Below, one piece after another: positions 45,366 through 59,119 of a stretch of 64,000 nucleotides of DNA. Numbering within the stretch: position 1 is the first letter of the stretch; every line of letters begins with the position of its first letter. Source of the DNA: Malacoraja senta (lineage: Eukaryota). The notes under the pieces were generated by a model. It had not been told where the DNA came from. It saw only the letters and a list, made by a program, of their open reading frames with translations, and searched no databases. Location: the NCBI GenBank assembly GCA_038087875.1, contig JAXLNO010000311.1, positions 1 to 64,000 of the forward strand, written 5' to 3'. The translations under genes and the position numbers were made by a program.

Positions 45366-48300
45366 GTACTTCACAAAACCCATTAGCCAGATCAACACAC
45401 GTAAATGGCAAAGAAAATCAAAGGAGCATTGGTGGCCATGGGTGCCTGTGTTATATGGAAAATAAATTGGGAGGAATAGGACTGATGAATGAAAGAATGA
45501 TTGAATGATACTCTATTGTCACATGTACCCAGGGTATCTGGGTATAGTGACATGCTTTGTTTTCCATACAACCTCAGTCTATCCTTGACCGGACTTTGCT
45601 GGCTTCACCTTGCATTAAACATTATTCCTTTATCATGTGTCTCTACACTGTAAATGCATTGATTGTAATCATGTATTGTCTTTCTACTGACTGGTTAGTA
45701 AGCAACAATAAGCTTTTCACTGTACCTCAGTACACGTGACAATAAACTAAACTGAACCTAGGCAGTACAAAAATGTCGTCATGTGTTGGCGCAGACAAAG
45801 TTACACAAGTACCGAACAGTCCTATCCACTGCCTGTTGCCGCACATGGCAGCAGACCCCATCCCCACCAGTTCCCCCTTTGTTCTTAGTGGTGCCCCCAT
45901 CCCCACAGTTCCCCCTTTGTTCTCGTCCCCCTCAATGGGACAGCCTCCCTGTGCTGAATGCCCCACGTCTACAATGTTCTGAGTATAAGATTAGATTAAG
46001 CAATGCTCACTTTTGGACTTTTACCTGCAAACCTTTATTACTTTGCTGGTCTCTTTGAATACAAACATTCTTGGGTGTTCTTGTCTGTACAAACTAAAAT
46101 GTGTTGGTTTCTCTGTGACGTTTGAATTCGGGTATCATGCTCACCAATCTTTTTTAGCAGATGCAGCATTGAAACTGGCCTTTCTGCCCACTGAGTCTGC
46201 ACTGACCATCAATCACCCATACACTAGTTCTAGGTTTTCCCTGTTTCACATCCAACACACTCAGGGCAATTTACAGCGGCCAATAAACCTACAAACCCAC
46301 ACGTCTTTGGAACGTGGGACGAAACAATAGACAATAAAGAATAGACAATAGGTGCAGGAGTAGGCCATTTGGCCCTTCGAGCCAGCACCGCCATTCAATG
46401 TGATCATGGCTGATCATCCCCAATCAGTACCCCGTTCCTGCCTTCTTGTCATATCCCCTGACACCACTATCTTTAAGAGCCCTATCTAGCTCTCTCTTGA
46501 AAGTATCCAGAGAACCGGCCTCCACCGCCCTCTGAGCACCCAGAGGAAAGCTGAGCGGTCACAGGGAGAACGTATCAACTCCATACAAACAGAACCCATT
46601 GTTGGGATCCTTCTTGTGTCTGTGTAGGAAGGCACTGCAGATGCTGGCTTACACCAAAGATAGAGACAAAATACTGGAGTAACGCAGTGGAACAGGCAGC
46701 ATCTATGGATAAAAGGAATGTATCTTCTTGTACCCCACTCGTTATATATTAATTTATTGTAATTGGAGCAGTCTGCAAAACTCTCCATAGACAAGAACAA
46801 GTGTTTATGTGGATTGGCTACCATTAAACACTAGTCCCCTGCAATGAAATGCAGATTTAGCATTTTACAGATGAATACTTTGAGGGCCCCGTTTACAATG
46901 ATATGTGCATCCCATCATTTAGAATGCCCCTTCGCCTACTCTTTTGAAGCCTTCTCCACACATATAGTCACAGAGACACACAAACATAACCTTCAGCCGA
47001 CAGTCCACTCTGACCATGAAGCACTCATTCCATACCATTCCATCCCACCATTGAATAGATCTACAGGAGGTGCTGCCTCAGAAAGACAGCTAATATCATC
47101 AGAGACCCACACCACCCTGGCCATACTCTCAGGGCCAGCCACCCTGGACCAGGAATTCGCCCGGAAGATCTGGCCCATCCATCACGGACTGAGTTCTTGC
47201 TCGCTGTGGACCGTGGATGGAGGACCCACCTAGAAGGCCCAGCTCGCCCGCCCAGAGTGGAAGGAGTCAGATGGATGGCTTATAGGCAGACAGGCTGCGG
47301 GAGGGAATGGACTGCCTCAACAGTGGAGTGGGTGCTGGAGGCCCTGCAGCAGCCTGGGGCTTGGCTGTTTCAGGTGCCGCTCCAAGAGGCCGGGCACATG
47401 GACCAGTTGCGCCCTGCAACAGTAGAGGACACCACAGCTTCGATTGGACAGGTCAACCCTGCAACAACACCAGGACAATGGGCCTCATGGTCAGGCCAAG
47501 AACCCTCACTTACAACAACTGGGACGTGAAAATGGCACCATAAACTGGCGACACTGTATACTGTCTCAGCGTACTACTGCTATACACTTGTACTGTATCC
47601 GAGATGCTTATCTAAGATGTATCTAAGGACTTATGTATAGTGATACTTGTACTAAACTGTATACAATAATGAATTTCACTGTACCTCGGTACATGCCACA
47701 AATAAAATACCGTTGAACCAATCAACTGCCTCTGAGGTTAGAGAGCCTGAGAACTGTTAGCTCCAGGTTTAAGAGCAGCTTTTTTCTCATGAGCAGCAGG
47801 CATTTAAACACTGCACAACACTAACCACAACCTTACCTCAACAACTCTGATCTGTGATGGACTTTATTTTGGTTGCAGTAAGGACATTTTGTTTTTCCAC
47901 TGTTATGGTCTGGTTACCTAGTATAACTAATAGTAATTTATTTTACCATTGATTGTTGTATATTTAATATGTGTATAAGAATTTCATTGTTCCATTGCCA
48001 GTACAGATGACAATTAAACTCTTGCTCTTGATCAACTCATTCTTATTCTCTGCAAGTTCCCATCATCTCGCTCCAGATTCTATCACTTACCTACAAATGA
48101 CAGTCAATTTACATTGAAGAAACAAGGAACTACAAATGTTGGTTCACAAAGAGATGCAAAGTGCTGGAGCACCTAAGTGGGTCTGGCAGCACCCTTGGAG
48201 AACATGGATATGTGATGATGGATAGATGTTTCGGGTCAAGACCCCTTCTTCACTCTGTGGAAGGGTGTTTACCCTAAACGTCATCTAGCCACGTTCTCCG

Positions 48301-50189
48301 GAGATGCTGCCTGACCAGCTGAGTTACTCCAGCACTTAGCGATAGACACAAAATGCTGGAATAACTCAGTGGGACAGGCAGCATCTCCAGAGAGAAGGAA
48401 TGGGTGATGTTTCAGATTGAGGCCCTTCTTCAGACTTTGTCATCATTGTGCTAACTTGCTCCATCCCATTCACCCATCATCTTTCTGATTGAAAAATATT
48501 CAGATTTTAAACTCTGATCATTGTATTTAAATATGTAAGACCAACAGCTCTTTCATTCAAAGCCAATCTTTCAATCATTTGTTCTTATATCTCTCTATAT
48601 CACCCCCTGTATCTCTCGTTTCCCTTTCCCCTGACTATCAGTCTGAAGAATGGTCTCGACCTGAAACGCTACCTATTCCTTTTCTCCAGAGTCGCTGTCG
48701 GACCCGCTGAGTTACTCCAGCATTTTGTGTCTATCTTCGGTTTAAACCAGCATCTGCAGTTCCTTCCTACGCAGCTCCTCCCTCGGCATGCATACAGTCC
48801 ATACAATTTCACAGTTGAGGTTAGCGTTGTGTAGCGTTCAAGTGCGTGATAGTTGTTGGGAAGAAGCTATTCTTGAAACAGGAGGTCATGGTTTTCAAAC
48901 ACCTATACTTTCCACCCCATGGTGGGAGGTAATGAAAGCGCGGCCAGGGGGATGATGTTGCCTTCCTTTTTGAGGCAGCGTCTCGTGTGGATCCCTTCGA
49001 TGGTGTTGAGGTCAGAACCCACGATGAACCGGGCAGTATAACTTCCTGATTATTCACAAATTTACGTATTTCATCTGAAGAGCAGGCCTAAGTAATAGAA
49101 TTGCTCTCTAAATATCCCTTCCTTTAAGATGCACCTTAAATGTTTATTTTGCTAATTGTCATGTCATGCCATTATACTGCTCGAAGTAAAATGTTACAGA
49201 ATAATATTCTTACGAATCTCATTGAAGCATTTTCCTACATTGGAACTGCTATAAATGTTATTCTTTATATCTAAGCCAGTTTCCCCTTTCACCAAATTAG
49301 ATTATTACCATCAAAGGAGAATGTCATTGTTTTGTTTGGCTCTGGAGATGCGTGTTGGAATGTGATCATTAAAATCTTCTTGTATATTGAACCCTGAACT
49401 ACACTACACTCAGCTATGATTAATGAACAAAATAAAGTGTTGGAGTAACTCAGCAGAACAGGTAGCATGGATAGGTAATGTGTCGAGTCGGACCCTGTAG
49501 ACCTATGGACTGTCTTTGGTTAAACTAAGCATTCGAGGTGTTTTTGCACATGTATTGGGATTATCAATTAACTGGATTTTTAGTATGTTATCTATTTGTA
49601 TTGTCTTACAGGTCTGCTAAGCTGCTACATGAATGTCATTGTTTTGTAGTCAGCACATTGAACATTCTATACTCTCTTTCCTTCTGGACTCTCTTGTGGA
49701 GAGGGATCAAACCTAACATAAGCAAAATGTTGCCATTCATCCTTTGTTCCCAATCTCTGATATTCTATAAGATCATAACCGATCCTCTAGCAGACCACCA
49801 TTTTTCCGAATTCCGGATTCCTTTTGTATCCAAGCATATTCCTATCCCTGCCTCAAGCATCTGATTGACTGAATGCCCACAGCCTACTTGGACAGAGAAT
49901 TTGAAAGACTAATTAAAACTAATTTCATCTCATTACTGCACTGAATTCAATGATTCAATGATATTTTATTGTCACATGCACCTAGGTACAGTGAAATGCT
50001 TCGTTTTGCATACAACGGTAAAATCATATAGCAGACCTAACCTAGACAATACACAAGTGTCACCATTGTTTTGGTGCCATAAGAATGTCTGAACCCTTAT
50101 TTTTAAACTGTGAATTTTGGTTCCAGACACACCAGTCTGGGGAGAAATAAAAAGATCATCCCTCATGTTCTGAACTTTGACTCACTTCA

Positions 50190-51520
50190 TAAGTCAAAGG
50201 TGCAGAATTTGGTTGTTCAGCCCATCGAGTTTACTCCACAATTTAATCATGGCTGACCTATCGTTCCCTCTCAGTGCCGTTCTCCTGTCATCTCCCTGTG
50301 ACCTTTGACACTCTTACAAATCGGGCGGCATTTTCCGTTTTTGTATTCCAGTCCTCTTGATATAAATCACCTTCCTGACTACCGATTCAATTTGCAAATT
50401 AACCATTTGGGAGTCCTGCACCAGCACTCCCATGTCACTGTGTGCCTCCGATTTCTGGATTCTCTCTCCATTTGTAAAATAATCTACGCCTTTATTCTTA
50501 TTACCAAAATGCATGTCTCCACACTTTGCTATACTGGATTTCATCTGCCACTTCTCTGCCCACTCTCCTAACCTGTACACGTTCACATTACAGGAGTAGA
50601 ATTAGGCCATTCGGCCCATCGAGTCTACTCCACCATTCCATTATGGCTGATCTGTGCCTCCTAATCCCATTTTCCTGCCTTCTCCCCATGATAACCCGTT
50701 CTAATCAAGAATTTGTCGATCTCTGCCTTAAAAATATCCACCAACTTGGCCTCCACAGCCCTCTGTGGCAATGAGTTCCACAGATTAACTACCCTCTGAC
50801 TAAAGAAATTCCTCCTCACCTCCTTTCTAAAAGAGCACCCTTTAATTCTGAGGCTTTGACCTCTGGTCCTAGACTCACCCACCAGTAGAAACATCCTTTC
50901 CACATCCACTCTATCTATGCCTTTCATTATTCTGTAAGTTTCATTGAGGTTCCCCCCTCAACCTTCTTACCTCCAGCGAGTAGAGGCCCAGTGCTGTCAA
51001 ACTATCATCATATGCTAACCCACTCATTCATGGAATTATTCTTGTAAACAACCTCTGAACCAGAGCCAGCACATCCTTCCTCAGATAGGGGGCCCAAATT
51101 TGCACACTGTACTCCAAACGTGGCCTGACCAGCACTTTTGAAGCCTCAGAATGACATTTCTGTTTTTGTATTCCAGTCCTCTTGATATAAATCACCTTCC
51201 TGACTACCGATTCAATTTGCAAATTAACCTTTTTGGGAGTCCTGCACCAACACTCTCATGTCACTGTGTGCCTCCGATTTCTGGATTCTCCCTCCATTTG
51301 TAAAATATTCTACGCCTTTATTCTTATTACCAAATGCATGTCTCCCACACTTTGCTACACTGAATTTCATCTGCCACTTCTCTGCCCACCCTCCTAACCC
51401 GAACAAGTCCTTCTGCAAAGTCCTTGCTTCCTCTACACTGCCTGCCCCTCCACCTATTTTAGCATCATCTGCAAACTTGGACACAAAACATTCAATCCCC
51501 TTATCCAAATCATTAATAAA
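50190..51520 (-). mobile_element. CR1 LINE fragments with an internal duplication
   Basis: FINDLDKGIECFVSKFADDAKI, LVRPRLEYSVQIWAP, VVNLWNSLP; 50335-50575 duplicates 51160-51400. Confidence 0.85.
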
Positions 51521-51681
51521 CCATGTAAACGTGACGACCGCACGTTTGGAGCTAAGAGTTGTCACTCAATCAATAACAAAACCACAGTGTGTGCTAATCG
51601 TTTATTCATTTTGCATTGTACTAGTGCCTCACTCTCTTCCCACATTTGGCCATAAACATGAACCTGTCAAACAATGCCCTT

Positions 51682-52590
51682 TGTGTAAGAAAGAACTGCA
51701 GATGCTGATTTAACTCAAAGGTAAACACAAAATGCTGGAGTAACTCAGCAGGCAGGCAGCATCTCTGGAGAGAAGGAATGGGCGACCTATCGGGTCGAGA
51801 CCCTTCTTCAGACTGATTTCAGGGGAGTTGACGGGACAAAGATAGAATGTAGTTGAAGACACTAAGACTAGTGGGAGAACTGGGAAGTGGAGGGGATAGA
51901 GAGGGAACGCAAGGGCTATTTAAAGTTAGAGAAGTCAATGTTCATACAGCTGGGGTGTAAACTACCCAAGCAAAATATGAGGTGCTGTTCCTCCAATTTG
52001 CACTGGGCCTCACTCTGACCATGGAGGAGGCCCAGGACAGAAAGGTCAGATTGGAAATGGGAGGGGAAGTTGAAGTGCTGAGCAACCAGGAGATCAGGTA
52101 GGTTAAGATGGACAGAGCGGAGTAGTTCAGTGAAATGATTGCCGAGCCTGTGCTTGGCCTCGCTGATGTAGAGAAGTTGCCACCTGCAACTGCGGATACA
52201 GTAGATGAGGTTGGAGGAGGTGCAAGTGAACCTCTGCCTCACCTGGAAAGACTGTTTGGGTCCTTGGATGGAGTCGAGAGGGGAGGGAAAGGGACATGTG
52301 TTGCATCTCCTGCAGTTGCAGGGGAAAGTACCTGGGGAGGGGGTGGTTTGGGTGGAAAAGGACGAGTTGACCAGGGAATTTCGGAGGGAACGGTCTCCAC
52401 GGAAAGCAGAAAGAGGTGGAGATGGGAAAATGTGGCCAGTATTGGGATACTGTTGGAGTTGGCAAAAATGATGGAGGATCATATGCTGTGCGACGGCTGA
52501 TGGGGTGGAAGGTGAGGACAAGGGGGACTCTGTCCTTGTTACGAATGTGGGGGGAAGGGAGAGCAAGAGCGGAGCAGCGAGGAAACCCTA
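51682..52590 (-). mobile_element. Penelope-like element 3' fragment (GIY-YIG)
   Basis: RFTCTSSNLIYCIRS...LYISEAKHRLG...LEEQHLIFCLG. Confidence 0.88.
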
Positions 52591-52880
52591 GTGAGTGCCT
52601 CGCTCCTGTTTGTTTTACACGAGTTAAAATCAGTTTAAAGCAATATCTGCAGTTCCTTCTTCCACAAAGGAAACGGGGCATTGTGCAAATCAAAGCAGAA
52701 ATTCCAGTCTGGATTGTACTGAAACAGTGGAGATTAAACCCTTTTAACGTCCGCATGAACCATGAACCAGACTGAATGTGTATTGCGCGCTTGTTTAAAC
52801 TCAGTCGCCTCCAGTCAAGATTGAGATAAAGCCAAGACGCTTTTAGCCAGTAGCGAATAAAATGAGAATCATTAACTTAC

Positions 52881-52932
52881 CTGCTTGAGCCCCTTGTACG
52901 CGGAAGAAACTCAACAAGATGAAAAGAATCAT
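52881..52932 (-). CDS. Candidate signal-peptide (leader) exon of a host secreted or membrane protein
   Basis: ATG at 52932 gives MILFILLSFFRVQGAQA plus one G, then the consensus donor CAG|GTAAGT (phase 1), in non-repetitive sequence. Confidence 0.55.
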
Positions 52933-55529
52933 TTCACGCACAACCTCTCGCATCAACAGCAGCAACTGAGCCAAACTTCACCAACATCAAAGCAGGATCT
53001 CATCATGCAATCAGAATAAAAATACCACGGGTCGTCACCAGTTGTCGAGCGATGTCATTGAACCAGCAGGAAACAATTGACTGTAATGGAGACACAAGGA
53101 GGTGCTGATGCTGATTTACAACAACAAAAGACACAAAGTGCTGGTGTAACTCAACGGGTCGAGCAGCATCTTTGGAGAAAAAGGATAGGTGACTATTGTC
53201 AGTCTGAAGTAGGGTCCCAATCTGAAACAGCGCCTGTCAATGTCCTCCAGAGATGTTGCCCGACCTGCTGAGTTACTCCAGCACTTTGGTTTTATCGCAC
53301 TCTATAGCAAATGGAATGGAAAGGCAGGACATAGTTGCCTGGAACTGTAATTACGTTTCAGATAACTCCATTCTTATGCTGCTAACTGCTCCTTATGTTA
53401 TGATTCAGGAGACCCATAAATCCAATGCCTATCCTGACTTGAATCATTACAATGCAGAACAAAAAGGAGGAAACCAAACACTGTCCACAGCAGGTAGAGC
53501 TGCTGCCTCACAGCACCAGAGACCAGCGTTAGATCCTGACCTCTGGTATTGTCTGTGTAGATTTGCTTTAAGAAAGAACTGCAGATGCTGGAAAAATCGA
53601 AGGTAGACAAAAATGCTGGAGAAACTCAGCAGGTGAGGCAGCATCTATGGAGCAAAGGAATAGGCGACGTTTCTGGTCGAGACCCTCCAAGAAGGGTCTT
53701 GACCCAAAACTCACCCCCTGAGTTTCTGCAGCATTTTTGTCCAGCTACTGTATAGATTTTGTTCCTTCTTCCTGTGACCACCTGGGTTCTTCCCGGGTGC
53801 TCTGGTTTTCTCCCACATTCCACAGGTGTGTGGGTTTGTCAGTTAATTGACATCTGTAAATTTCCCCTAGCGTGTGTGGGGATTGGACAAAAAGTGGGAT
53901 AACATTGAACTAGTGTGAAGGGGTTACTGGTGGTCAGCATGGTGGGCTGAAGGGCCTGTTTCCATGTTGTATCTTTCAACTCAAAATGGAATTCGGTAAA
54001 AAAGTTATATTGGAAGCTAGTTTGGACATTGAAACTGTGCAGCAAATGGTGGTGGATATAGACGGCGATGGTGTCTACATATTTATCAAGGATCTATCTA
54101 TCAGATATGGGGAGAACTTACACAATAGCATTGGTATTGGTTTATTATTGTCACTTGTATTGTGATATAGTGAAAAGCTTTTATTTGCATCCTAATCAAA
54201 CCAGATCAGGAATGACTGAGGGATTGTATTGAACAGGGCAGGCTTGTGGGCCTGTTTCAATGCAATAAACTCCATATTAATGTACCATATAAAGAATGCA
54301 GGTGCTTGTATGGTTGGTGATGAGCCCAACATATTGCTTTTGTAATTCAAGATATCCTCAGTGTTGCAACGGTAGAGTTGCTGCCTATAGCAGCAGAGAC
54401 TCAGGTCGATTCTGACTAACGGTGCTGTCTGTACGGTGTTTGTACATTCTCCCTGCATCTCCATGCGTGACTGCATTGTCTTTCTCTGGGTGCTCCAGTT
54501 TCCTCCCACATCTCAAAGAAGTACAGGTTTTTAGGTTGATTTGCTTTGGTAAAATTATAAATTGTCACCTGTCGTGGTATAGTACTATTGTACGGGGAGT
54601 TAGCGAGGACTTGGTGGGCCGAAGGACCTGCTTCCGTGATGTACCTCTAAGTCTAATGTCAAAATGTTAATTTCTATTCATTTTAATTTTCAGCTCTTAA
54701 CCAAAATCATTTCAATCAACCCAAAGATGTGTGTGTTTCTCCCTCACTACACCAGATTTAAGTCTGCATTTTTAAAAATGCTTTTAATTTTGCTCAGATA
54801 GTGCTGAACTAATTTGCTTATGTTACTGGAGTTATAACTCACAGCAGTGACCACAGTAAGCAGGAGACATCAAATACATGAACACAAGAAAGGAGAAGCA
54901 GGAATAGGCCCACAAGCCACTGGCAGAATTAGTCCAAACCAATGTTTTAGTCCATATCACTCAACCACTGATAGAGGCCACATTATTCTGCTCCCTTCTC
55001 CCTAAAGTTTAGTTTATTATTGTAATGTGTACAAAAATACAGTGAAATGCCATGTTTTGCATGCTATCCAGTCATAATACACCATACGTGAGTGCAATCA
55101 TAAACAAGTAAGAGTGCAATGATTGTAGTGGGTAATTGTTGAGATCACAAGAAAAATGAAGTATTTGTTGGCCATGAGTAAAGTCTGTTCTGCAGCTCAA
55201 TTAGGTCATGACTGATCTACTGTTGACCAGAAGAGTCTGTAGCCAGTAACCCACAACTTCCCAAAGAAACAAATCCATCCTTCTCAGTAACGTAATGAAT
55301 CTACACTCTGTAGTTGAAAATTCCTACCATTCGTTATCATCTGGGAGAAAAATAAAACAATTTTCTCCTCAGTTTGAAACCTTGGCCTCCAAGGTCTAGT
55401 TTCCTCCACGAGGGAACTATCAAGAACAGGAGGAAATAGAACAGTAGTAGGCTATCAGCCCCTGAGAATAGTCACCAAACTTGTCCCACCATTCAATAAA
55501 ATGATCACTGTTCAGTTGGCCTCAGCTCC

Positions 55530-56060
55530 TTAGATTAGTTTGGTTTAAAGGTACAGCCTTGAAACAGGCCCTTAGGCCCACTGAGTCTGTGCTGACCAGT
55601 GACCCCCCCACACTAACACTATCCTACACACATCTGGGGCCAATTAACCTGCAAACCTGCATGTCTTTGGAGAGTGGGAGGAAGCTGGAACCCCCAGAGA
55701 AAACCCACACAGGTCACGGGGGGAACGTAAAAAATCCATACATACAGCACCCATGGTCAGGATCAAACCTGGGTCTCTGCCACTGCAAGGTAGCAACTCT
55801 ACCGCTGCTACTCCGTGCCACCCCTTTGCAACACCGTGCTGCCTACACAGTTCTATCCTATACACATGGGACAATTTACAGATGCCAATTAACCTATAAA
55901 CCTGCAGGTCTTTGGAACTGGGAGGAAACCGAAGCACCAGGGGAAAACCCATGCAGTCACAGAGAGAACATACAAAGTTGGTACAGACAGCACCCTTAGT
56001 CAGGATCAAACCTGAGTCACAGGTACTGCAAGGAAGTAACTCCACTGCTGTGCCACTCTG
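55530..56060 (-). mobile_element. Two adjacent V-SINE copies
   Basis: Two consecutive ggtttgatcctgac heads with V-domain cores on the minus strand. Confidence 0.75.
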
Positions 56061-56786
56061 AGGCCCCTCTGATTGAAATGTTCGTTGCACGTTCTAACTT
56101 TATTCATGAGGGTAATCGTCAACAACACAAGTAAAAATAGCAGGAGTGGACTCCTCCTCTGTTCCATTACCCCAAAACCCTCAATTGCCTGAATATTTCA
56201 AAGCTTTCTCTATCTGTTCATAAGCATATCTAATGCCTTAGCCACCACCACCTCTGGGCACAGAATTCCAGCGATTCACACCCTTCTGAAAGAAGTAATT
56301 TTTATGTACCTCAGTTTTAAACAACTGGTCCCTTATTCTGTAGTTGTTTCCCATTGTTTTTAGACATTCCCACCAGTGAAACATCTCAACATCTATCATG
56401 AAAAGCCCCTTAAGATATTGCATGTGTGAATAAGGTCACTCATCACTTTCTACACTCCAAGGAATGCAGACCTAAAGTGTTTACCAGATTCATCGCCCAT
56501 CCATGTTCTCCACAGATGCTGCCTGACCCGCTGAGTTACTCCAGCACTTTGTGTCTTTTTCTTTGTCAACCAGCATCTGTGGTTCCTTGTATCTGCTTTT
56601 ATCGCGAGGTAGTTTTCTCAGGCACGGACAGTTATTTGATTCTAAAACATAATAACATAAACCAGTTCGCGACGGCGTTGAATTACCTGCGGTTTGCAAT
56701 TATTTTATTTTCATTGATGTCGAGAAGCTTTGAAATGATCTGCAGGAGACAGATTGCTGTTGGTATTACCTGGTTGTAAAGTTCCC

Positions 56787-56954
56787 TGTTGTGACTAGCA
56801 CAATGAATACACCTCCACTGTCTTGTATGTAAGATTTAATCTGAACAACAAATGGAAACTTCTGGAAGGTCACCTGACCTCAGTCACGAGGTACAGGGAC
56901 ATTTGCATATATCTCACATCTCCACTACCACTTTAATTACATCATAACATCACA
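56787..56954 (-). repeat. Candidate short 3' LTR (168 bp)
   Basis: Minus strand: purine-rich ggtggagggtgaga, then TGTGATG...ATTAAA...CACAACA; no second LTR in the window to confirm. Confidence 0.6.
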
Positions 56955-58882
56955 TCTCACCCTCCACCACTGGGTTCAAAATAATAACTGGAACCTTGAC
57001 TCAATTTACTGTGGATAAATTACCACAAATAACACATTGCTCTTCATATTACAGAACAACAAAATAATTGTCCATCAATTTTACATAACCAGTCGAGTTG
57101 GGGATTTCGACCCTCGCCCACTTCTCGTGCAAGTCGTATTTCCACCTCGTTCTGTGTCGTATTTCTGTTGTGTGTGAGTGGCTTGGCACACTTCGAGCCG
57201 GTTCCCCCACCACAGAACCTGGTGATGCGGCCTGTGATAGTTCTCTTGAGTCTGGGAGACTAGCTCCTTCTGGGAAAGGGGTTCCTCCTTGTGGGAGAGT
57301 GTTCGCACTTGTCTGCTGCGTGTTGCCAGGGCATGGTTCAACTGCTTCGTGCGCAGGTCGTATGTCCTTCCTGTTTCTGCGGAACCCAGTACCACTCGGT
57401 GTAGAGATGACGTAGCTCCGAGGGGACAGGTTTTCTCTTGCAATCCGGCCACGTTGCCACTCAGTTGGTTTGGCATGAAACCACACCTGCTGTTGTTGTT
57501 CCAGGCGCGGCAGCGGCTCGGCGCTTGCCTTCTCATTGAAGTATGCTGCCTGTTTTTCTTGCCGGACGGCCAGTTGTGGTCCCATGGGAGGGACATGATG
57601 AGGCAGTAAGAGCGATAGAGGCGATGGCAATTTGCTTCTTATCAGTCTACTGTTCAGTAACTGAGGGGGCATAGCCGCCTGTCCTGTCAAGGGGGGTGTT
57701 GCGGTATTCGAGGATGGCGTACATTGGGTCACGGCCACTGCGTTTGGCTTTCCTCATGATACCTTTTATAGTTTGCACACAGCGCTCTATCTGCCCGTTG
57801 CTCTGTGGACATATGGGACTTGAGGTGACATGGGCAAATTCCCAGTCATCCTGGAACCTACGAAACTCAGCACAGTCAAATTGTCTTGCGTTGTCTGTCA
57901 TCACCAAGTCAGGAATGCCAATCCAGGCAAACATGCCCGTCATCTCACGTATCACCGAATGTGACGTCATGTCTGTCAGTTGCGCTATTTCTGGGTGCTT
58001 GGAGTAATAGTCCACTACAAGCAAATGGTCAACTCCATCCAGATGGAAGATGTCTGCTCCGACCTTAGACCAAGGTCTGCTGGGGATGAAGTGTGGTTGG
58101 AGCGGCTCACTTGCTTGTGCTTTCCTAGTCGCCTGGCATATCGAGCAATTTCCCACTGTGTCCTCAATCTGTGCATTCATTACAGGCCACATAAATAAAT
58201 TGCGGGGTCGTTGTTTCAGTTTCACTACTCCCAGATGTGATTCATGTAGCGCGTTCAGCATCTGCCTCCGCATGCTTTGGGGGACTACGATTCGGTTTTC
58301 CCTCAAGACTAATCCATCGACTTCAACCAGCTCGTCATGGTAGGTAGGAAACGGAGTCAGGTCCGAGGGCAGATCACGCCTGTTACTAGGCCAACCCTTT
58401 CATATATACTCGCACAACAGTGTTAGCGTCCGAACTTTTTTAGTTTCAACTTTGAACTGCGCAAGGCACGCGTTTGACATGTGTAGGATGGCTTCTACAG
58501 CATGTATCACGTTCGGCAATGCGGTGTACTCTTCCGCAGGCGTGTTTGCACTGGGCAGCCGGCTCAGGGCATCGGGGACAAACATTTCACGTCCCAGCTT
58601 CCACCGTATTTCCAGGTCGTACTGTGCAGGTGCATTCACATGCGCTGGAGTCTGGGGCTTAGTTTGTGTAGCGGCTTGGCGAGCAAGCCTACTAACGGTT
58701 TGTGGTCAGTAAAGATTACTGTGCGCTGACCAACAATGAAGTCATGAAACTTTCTGCATGCGTACAATATGGAGCACAACTCCTTCTCTATAGTCGCATA
58801 GTTGCGCTCGGCCGCGTTCACACGTCGTGATGCGTAGGCAACAGGTCTCTTGTCTTGCATTAGGACCGCTCCAAATCCAACT
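56787..58882 (-). mobile_element. Gypsy/Ty3 LTR retrotransposon, 3' part (RNase H, integrase, PPT, 3' LTR)
   Basis: GFGAVLMQDKRPVAYASR...YATIEKEL...TDHKPL; DALSR; LHESHLG...CSICQ; PWSKVGADIF, VDYYSK, TDNARQF, SNGQIERCVQTIK; frameshifted; truncated at 58882. Confidence 0.92.
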
Positions 58883-59119
58883 CCAGGGCCACTCCAGGAG
58901 GGATGGGCACTCCAGTGCTCCAACCCTCCCTCCCCCCTCCCCACCCCCCTCCAGTGCACCAATCACGATGGGCTCTCAAGCTGCCGAGTGCCACACCCCC
59001 CCCCCCCACCGGGTTATTCATGATTAAAGTTTTTTTAAGCCAAACGGGTTGCGTTGGGGGAACGGGTGAGTGCTGGAATATTGCGTTGGGGGAGCAGACC
59101 CGATCTGCATTTGGTCTGG
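58883..59119 (+). mobile_element. Candidate Helitron 3'-terminal fragment
   Basis: Shares ggaatattgcgttggg with the Helitron subterminus at 37365-37381; hairpin gcaga-cccga-tctgc followed by CTGG|T (CTRR). Confidence 0.55.

Noticed and set aside
51574..51590. Recombination signal sequence (acaaaacc next to cacagtg)
   Set aside because: Heptamer and nonamer-like motifs are adjacent, with no 12/23 spacer and no V, D or J segment.
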